A stretch of 45,040 nt of DNA, filler included, from Catajapyx aquilonaris (Eukaryota): NCBI GenBank assembly GCA_000934665.2. It is 2 parts of 2 records of this genome, joined end to end, with 100 filler letters (N's around TTAATTAATTAA, not from the genome) between each part and the next. Parts side by side here need not be neighbours in the genome. Positions count along the whole stretch, not along the records: positions 22,573 to 45,040 come from JYFJ02005864.1; 1 more part is not named here. One strand, given 5' to 3'. Shown here piece by piece: positions 38,543-45,040 of the stretch. Positions within the stretch are counted from its first letter, which is position 1, and every line of letters starts with the position of its first letter. The notes beneath the pieces are model-generated. The model worked only from the letters and a program-made list of their open reading frames with translations, was not told where the DNA came from and made no database searches. Both the position numbers and the translations under genes were made by a program.

Positions 38543-39031
38543 CTAGCCATTGTCACCTTTTCTACTACTACTGTCACTAATGTCCAATTCCGTGCCTTCA
38601 ACAGCAATATATTTCTTCATTCCTGCCTTCAACTGGTTATGCACAAACCTCCGTTGAGACCAATTCCATCTGCACCAAATCCTGCAAAAATGATGCAAGT
38701 TTAAAAACCCAATCTTGACTTGTGACAACAACAGCCTGTCACCAGTATCCGGACGTAACGACAAGAAAGGTCCCCATGGCCGTATGGGACGCCAGACGAG
38801 GCTTGGAAGTGAACATGAAAGTGGCCAGTCCTCCACCAAACCCTGAGCCGATCCCAGTCAGAAAAGTGCTTCGAAAACATGGGATCTCACCCACATCACG
38901 TCCAAACACAACCAACTGCAAGGAAAAAGTTAATTAATATGTAATCATAACCTTTTGTCCTATGCAATGCAACAAGTGACCTTGCAACTGACCTTTCTCC
39001 TGTCCCGTCCGTCCTCCTGGTCCCCCTCCAT
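38543..39031 (-). CDS. COX20: Cytochrome c oxidase assembly protein COX20; exons 39031-38993, 38915-38743, 38681-38543
   Basis: Spliced product MEGDQEDGRDRRK/LVVFGRDVGEIPCFRSTFLTGIGSGFGGGLATFMFTSKPRLASHTAMGTFLVVTSGYW/IWCRWNWSQRRF...EGTELD matches the COX20 pattern (IPC.R, two TM helices, W..CR). Introns GT-AG and phase-consistent. Confidence 0.9.
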
Positions 39032-39124
39032 TTTTACCACCTCAATTCACTATCTATAAAACTATAAAACGTCTAAAATGCCTGCAGAAAGTGAGGAGAC
39101 ACAAATGCAACGAGGTCCACGGGC

Positions 39125-39136
39125 GCCGCCATCTTG
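39125..39136 (-). promoter_or_regulatory. YY1-like motif upstream of COX20
   Basis: CAAGATGGCGGC on the minus strand ~95 bp upstream of the ATG; a related CAAAATGGCG lies upstream of CCDC97 (40691-40700). Confidence 0.45.
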
Positions 39137-39457
39137 GAAATGTGCTGCTTAACAGTGGTGCCAACAGTGAAAGAGGGCCATTTAATTGCCCAGTAAAATA
39201 TTAACTACATTTTTCATTCATAAAATATTATCGTTCCATCTTCATTTAACCTCCAATTCCTACCATACTAGTGTGAACATATTCGCAAAATTAGGCAACA
39301 CTGTAAAAGTAGTCCCATACCTCTCACATAGATGACTCGCAGCAGACGGAGTCACATACCCAAGCCAATTCTATATATGAAAACGGCAAATTCCGCCCAT
39401 GCATATTCATAAGAAAAATCCTAACTACAAAATACTAAACTTTTATTCAACTGGACA

Positions 39458-40626
39458 TCAGCAGTCCTTTTTTAATGTGGACATAAAATTATCCAGTTCG
39501 TCCGATCCGCTTTGGTCATCCCCGTTTTCCATGGCGTCTTCTTCGTCGTCGTCTTGCTCGAAGTATTTCTCCTCCGCCTCCCTGTCCAGGGCGTCCATGT
39601 CGTCCAATCCGGCGTCGCTGTCCACCTTTCCGTAATCAAAGTCCTTGTCCTTACCCATCAGGAAGCTCTGATGCATTGCGGACACATACTCTTGCCTGAA
39701 CAGCATCTTTTCCTCCTCCGTGATTTCAGTCTGGACATCCATCTCGTCAAACCCTGGATCTGAATCGGAATCTGAGTCCCTCTCTTCCACATTGTCCTCG
39801 CACTCTTCCTGCCACCTCTCCCTCCTCTCCAGTTCCTTCCTATCTATATGCTCCAGGAGGATATGAGCAAGGCTGTTTGAGGTTCTGACCTCCGCTCTCA
39901 TTTGTAGATCAGCCTCTTCCTTTTCCTCAGGCGTCAGGTATCGCCCCACAAGCTGCGTGTACAAGTGAGGGTTTCTCCGCCGCATCTCGGGGACGCTGAA
40001 GTACGGGGAGTTTGAGTCCAACATGTTTTGTAGGGCACGAAACCGCCGGTTTTTCACTCTCACGTTGCTGGAGTTGACGGATAAACTGCTGCTAATGTAA
40101 TTGCATTATGGTTAGTAATTGTTTAACATTATGATCTCACGTGTGTATACCTGCATCCTGGAGCGGTCGGTGCATTCGCTTGCAGCTCTTTGACCCAAAA
40201 GTCCACCTCGTAGTCTCCCCTGCAGGGATCAAACACTGAGAGCAACTCAGTGGGCAAGAACTTTCCAAACCTGGCTAGGAACTGTGCCGGCCTGCAGTCA
40301 AACAGCTGCCCTGCAATCCGAGCCTTCTCCTTCAAGCTGAGATCCGGCTCATCTCTCTGCTGGCTGCGGAAGAAGCCGTCGCTCAGGGCAGCCGCTCTGA
40401 TGGCCCTGGCCCTTGGGTCAGTCGGTGGAGGCAACTCAGACTCATCCGGGGCTGGATGAGGAACCGGCTGGATTGTAGTGGTGGAAACAGTCTCAGTGCT
40501 GCTGCTGTCAGGTATGGTTGGAGGGCTGCAGGTTCGTCCTGACGGTTCTTGTCGGTTGCTGGCCGATTCGCAGTCGTCGTCGTACTCGCCCCACAGACGC
40601 CTGGACTTCTTCAATCCGCCTGACAT
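39458..40626 (-). CDS. CCDC97: Coiled-coil domain-containing protein 97 (DUF2052); exons 40626-40151 and 40085-39458
   Basis: Motifs FRSQQRDEPDLSLKEK, PAQFLARFG, DYEVDF, VKNRRFRAL, YFS..EMRRRNP.LY.QLVGRY, MHQSFLMGKDKDFDYGKVD, EEKYFE. AATAAA just after the stop (39447-39442). Confidence 0.9.
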
Positions 40627-41315
40627 AACCCAATGTTTGGAAAAACGAGCCGAAAGACGTCGGTTTTGCGTTTCAGCGACGATTCGCAAGCGCCATTTTG
40701 AACCACAATGTTGCCAATCTCAACAGGGGTGCCAATTGATAGGTATGTACTGTACTGTACGGTACTGTATAAATGTATATTTATTTGATATTTATGTTAC
40801 TTATGTACATTTACATGTGTATTTAAGACACTTCAAACACTCAAATCAAATTAGCTGTGAATGCCAGAAGCACTGAAAAGACAAACATATGGAGCGGGCG
40901 CATTAGAGGTACAGTGCTGGACATTGGCAGTCCCTATGTTTACTATAGTAAACATTTAGGGACTGCTACAATGTCCAGCATTGTGCATTGTACCAGTACT
41001 ATGACAGAAAATGTGATACCATTGATATGGGTTTATTTAACAAAATGGATACAAACTTCGGGACGTTAGTCACGATCATTCACGAGTAAGAGCTAGTATT
41101 TTTTTTTTTTTAAATACCCCATTATCAGCCCTTTAGGCTTTATTAGGGGGGGATTTCTCCCAATTTTTTTGTCTGGAACTCTTTCCATTTTTACTATACT
41201 TTTCATCGGAATTGAAGCAAGGATAGGTAAGGAAGGAAGCGGCTGTGGCGTATAATTACGGTAACGACCCCAGAATTATCCTGCGGTGACCATGGGAAAC
41301 CACAGAAAACCATGA

Positions 41316-42635
41316 TCACACCATATCACACTGTGTCACACCATACTTGGCCATAAACTCTTCTTCCTGCATTCTCTTACCTGTGCTTAGACGATGGTAA
41401 TATAACACCATAAAGGCCACGCCAATAAAAAATGCCAGGAAAGCACATACAAACAAGAGGGTGTCGTACCATCTGTGTTCGTACAGTTGCACATACCAAC
41501 ATATGAGCAGTCCTGCATTCGTCAAGAAATATACAACATACGACACACCATGCTTCCACGTTGGGATATCATCGTCCAAATCGGTGCAGCAAAAAATTAA
41601 CATAAATCCCTTGGAAGTGTTCCAGAGGATCCAATTCAGGCACCTGTTAGTGCAGCCTCCTTCCATCTGCCACATAATCCAACATGTCATGACCAACCAA
41701 TGGCCTCCGCACATTATGACCAGTAATCCTGGTAGTACTACGCCAAAGAGGGCAAGTGCGATAAGTCTCATGGCCAAGACCCCCAGGAACCCAAAGAACT
41801 GCAAGGCTGTTGCACTCCACGTGAAGTTTCTGTAGTTCGTGAGGAAATAATGCCTGCTTCGGTGATAAGATGCAACAGACCATGCCAGGCTCAGCAGGGA
41901 TATTGCAAGCCCAATGCCGAGCCCAACACGTTTGTAAAAGTCGTCATCACCTGTGTGGTCCGCCTGCAATGGTGCATGTTCTGCGTTAGACATAATTATA
42001 CCAGCGTGCACACGCAAAGAACCAACTCTTACCTTGTAAATATACAAGTGTAACACAAACTGCGGTCCAGATTCCATGAAGGCTTCAAACAACCTGAGAG
42101 ACGCAGCAGCAGAATCTTCATAGACCATCAGGGCGAAGAAAACCACCTTTTCTTTTCTGTTTGCCGCCTTCCTGTTCTTCCAACCATACCAGAAGGACTC
42201 GCAATATCTCGGAATTGGTGCCAACAGAAACACCATACAAACTCCTCTGCAGAGCTGTCTTGTTCGACTGACAGGGGGCAGATATTCCTTGTCCAGATCC
42301 AGCTGGTACCAGTATAAGCTCATAACGGACATGACCATGCCGGGGACTAGAGCGAAGATCAATGTAAGGGCATAGTACCAGGTCTTGTCCTGCTGGTAAA
42401 ACTTGTATACCAGGTACATGTCCATGCCAAGATCACCAAGGTACAGGAAGAGTGAGAGAAGAGTCAAAACCAGGCTCCAACCACTCACATTCACTGACTC
42501 GTCATCCGGCTTCTCCACACCATTCGACCCTGGCTGCGTCCCATTTGTAGGACCTTTCTCTTCAGCAGGGGGTTGTCCAAGTTCAATACTCAGTGTCCTC
42601 CGAAAAAGCCTACCACAGATTTTGCTCAACCGCAT
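41316..42635 (-). CDS. XK-related protein (Xkr scramblase family); probable 69-nt intron at 42032-41964
   Basis: Multi-TM ORF with YLGDLGMDMYLVYKFY, SLYWY, LRLFEAFMESGPQFVLHLYI, SLLSLAWSVASYHR, RLIALALF, HWLVMTCWI, FMVLYY. The true start may lie further upstream. Confidence 0.88.
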   Translation of the reverse strand: MRLSKICGRLFRRTLSIELGQPPAEEKGPTNGTQPGSNGVEKPDDESVNVSGWSLVLTLLSLFLYLGDLGMDMYLVYKFYQQDKTWYYALTLIFALVPGMVMSVMSLYWYQLDLDKEYLPPVSRTRQLCRGVCMVFLLAPIPRYCESFWYGWKNRKAANRKEKVVFFALMVYEDSAAASLRLFEAFMESGPQFVLHLYIYKVRVGSLRVHAGIIMSNAEHAPLQADHTGDDDFYKRVGLGIGLAISLLSLAWSVASYHRSRHYFLTNYRNFTWSATALQFFGFLGVLAMRLIALALFGVVLPGLLVIMCGGHWLVMTCWIMWQMEGGCTNRCLNWILWNTSKGFMLIFCCTDLDDDIPTWKHGVSYVVYFLTNAGLLICWYVQLYEHRWYDTLLFVCAFLAFFIGVAFMVLYYHRLSTGKRMQEEEFMAKYGVTQCDMV

Positions 42636-42972
42636 GATGAGCAGGTTTCTCCAACCTTTTAAGTGCTAACAGTAACGTAAACTAGGGCAATCAACCAACA
42701 AATTTAAACTAAAGGTAACAGCAATGGCATCTTCTCCCTGCTCCCTCTCGTACGACCCTTTACAGCGATGCCAATGGTCCGGTACCAGGTATAGAAACAA
42801 GACATTGTTATTATTATTAGTTTAACTCGTAATTTTAATTCAGACACTTCAAACAATGGAATATAGTAGCAATCCCTATGGCAAAGTTGTTCATAAATTT
42901 TTGTAAGGAATGTTTCGGAAAAGTGTTTCTCCCATGTTTCCCCCCAGTTGGTGACAATAAGCTGCCGAAAAC

Positions 42973-43034
42973 GGGCGGGAAAAGCGGCCTAATGACGTCA
43001 TCAGGGCGGGAAAAGCGGCCTAATTACGTCATCA
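42973..43034. promoter_or_regulatory. 31-bp tandem duplication carrying GC-box/E2F-like and CRE/ATF motifs; candidate XK-gene promoter
   Basis: GGGCGGGAAAAGCGGCCTAATGACGTCATCA twice (the second has TTACGTCA), ~340 bp upstream of the XK ATG. Confidence 0.5.
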
Positions 43035-43524
43035 GGGATCAGTCTCTGCTCTCTGAACAGCAAACTACTACAGAATTGGGTGAAATGTGGTAAGGCCCTG
43101 TGTGTGACTACAGATTTTTGTGGTGTACATTTGTCACATTTGTTGATGAAGCGATGGATGCTATCAGGAATTTGGCATACTCATTGCCATTTCATATGAA
43201 ATGAACAATTTCAGCTTTGATTTGGAATGAAAAGCAACCTACCCATCAGTGGCCTTGGGCAATTAAGAGTAGTGGTGGATGGATTAGGAAAATTAAACCA
43301 ACAGTTGTTTGCTGACATTTTGGTTTATGTTCATGGAAATATCCACATCTTGAATATATGCAGAATGTGCTTACAACTTTGTGCAAGTTCCTTCACATTC
43401 ACTGACAGATTTGCATGCTAAAATTGGCACAGGAATATGAGGGCCAGTGGTCTCCTATGTCCGTGAAATATTTGGATGTTGAAAAATTGAGAAAAAAACA
43501 ACAACAACATTCACATGCTCGTCG

Positions 43525-43900
43525 ATGGATTGGAGAGCTGCAGGTTCGCCTGGAGGCTTCTTGTTGGGAACTGGCCGATTCACAGTCGTCGTCATACTCG
43601 CTCCACAGGTACCTGAACCTCTTCGGTCTGCCTGACATGATCCAATTTTCCAAAAACGAGTCGAAAACAGTCGCTTTTGCTTATATTCACAGGCGCCATT
43701 TTGAACAACTGACAGTCGACCACAATGGTGCCAATCGATCAGCTCAACAGGGGTGCCAATGGAATCGTGCGTACTGTACGGTACTGTATGATTGTTTTAA
43801 AGCTATGTTTTAAAGAACTTCTAACGCCCATTCAAATTAGATGTGGGCATGCCTAGATGTGAATGCAGAAATACTGAAAATTCATTCAGATACATTTAGG
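43525..43900 (-). pseudogene. Partial duplicate of the CCDC97 5' region (upstream sequence plus first ~36 codons)
   Basis: MSGRPKRFRYLWSEYDDDCESASSQQEASRRTCSSP vs CCDC97 MSGGLKKSRRLWGEYDDDCESASNRQEPSGRTCSPP. Non-coding similarity continues upstream (CGCCATTTTGAAC, CTCAACAGGGGTGCCAAT, GTACTGTACGGTACTGTAT). Confidence 0.8.
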
Positions 43901-44166
43901 GGTGCGAGTTTTTATGGCAGAATATATACAGCATATTTAAATATAATCGACATTTATTTAACAATGATACCAACTTACAGAGACTTAAGTTACTGCCCGT
44001 TGCAGAGTAGTGTTTTGTGTTGAACCATCTCTCATAAAATGTCTCCTACAAATAAAGCGTTACAAATACAGGCTCTTATTGGCATAACTTGAGCTCGCTG
44101 TCTTTTCCATCGCAGACCCCTTCAGCTGACTGGGGTCTCAATGGATAAGAATAATGTTCACTGTAA

Positions 44167-44321
44167 AGCTGTGTTTACATGTGAGCGATTAGACGAGCGA
44201 AATCTTCGAGGAGGCTGAAATTAACAATTTTGAGTTTCGCCTCAAACAATATTGGTAACGTTGGGTTGCTCAGCCTAGGCGAAGACTTCTATCGTCAAAT
44301 CGCTTACATGTAAACAAAGCT
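44167..44321. mobile_element. PIF/Harbinger-type MITE
   Basis: TIRs AGCTGTGTTTACATGTGAGCGATT.GACGA / TCGTCAAATCGCTTACATGTAAACAAAGCT with TAA on both flanks. Confidence 0.8.
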
Positions 44322-44650
44322 TAACTGTAATTCTGAAGTACTGATGATGAGTCTCACCAGTATTTTTGAGATATTTGCAGAAAACTCTCAATGGACACCA
44401 AATTTAGAATCCCTGGCATACTGAACACACTATATTGCACATTGGCCAGAAGTCATTATATATAGTTACATCTTTTCATATTGCAATACAAAAGTTTTCA
44501 CTCTGGTAGGAAAAATCACAAATATTTCCCAACATTATCAAACAGTCCCGCTTCCTACACTGACTGAGATGAACTTTTGTTTTGCACATTTTCATACATT
44601 CATTCCTTATAAAAAATAAAGGAACATTGCTGATATATTTTTCTATTCTT

Positions 44651-45040
44651 CCTCCCAGCCAGTGGCCCAGCGAAGCTGGGCCACTGGCTGGGAGGTAACT
44701 CCACCTGCCGGATGGCCCGCTTCGCGGGCCATCCGGCGCGTGAAACGAATAGTAGGTTATCGCTACGCTGCCAATGCAATTTTCCCGACTTCATAACTCG
44801 CGATCGGGTTAATCGATTTCTAATCGGAAACAAGATTTACACTCCGCTCACTCCAGTTTCAAACTTTAGCTGGATAAACAACAACTAGGGCCATTACCGG
44901 GGTCATTAGCCGGGGTCAAAGTTCAAAAAAGTGTCTTTAGTCGCACCGGGGTACAGCCTAAACGGTGCGTCGTAGAGGGTCATACAATCTGTTATTCGAA
45001 CCGCAATGTTCCCAGGGGGTGCCCTCCTGCCTACCTTTTT
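44651..45040. mobile_element. Probable Helentron-associated (HINE/DINE-like) element end with two perfect hairpins
   Basis: 21-bp stem with GAA loop (44651-44695), 14-bp stem with TTC loop (44707-44737), T-rich flank, and GGGGTCA repeats downstream. Confidence 0.45.

Noticed and set aside
25230..42669. Many short plus-strand ORFs opposite XDH, CCDC97 and XK exons
   Set aside because: Antisense shadows of coding exons with no independent motifs.

Overview
Eukaryotic (animal) genomic DNA with spliceosomal introns. A divergent ionotropic receptor together with selenoprotein L suggests an aquatic protostome, probably a crustacean; this is inference. Bases 1-22.9 kb are mostly transposon debris (LTR-like relics, PIF/Harbinger MITEs, a P-element transposase remnant, Helitron ends, a 1.87-kb inverted-repeat element) around one intronless ionotropic receptor gene (8716-10713, +), plus an artificial 100-nt scaffold gap. 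Bases 23.3-42.6 kb hold six closely packed minus-strand genes: XK-related protein, CCDC97, COX20, two tandem xanthine dehydrogenases (XDH-A, XDH-B) and a gene the ORF track fragments. That last gene is a 5-exon selenoprotein L (SELENOL) with a U-L-P-U motif (two in-frame UGAs) and a canonical form-2 SECIS element just after its stop codon. Other highlights: U12 (minor spliceosome) introns in the XDH genes with an apparent U12-to-U2 switch between the paralogues; near-identity of their Fe/S-FAD exons while the Moco domains diverged (including Arg880->Lys in XDH-A); and a duplicated CCDC97 5' end upstream of the XK gene.
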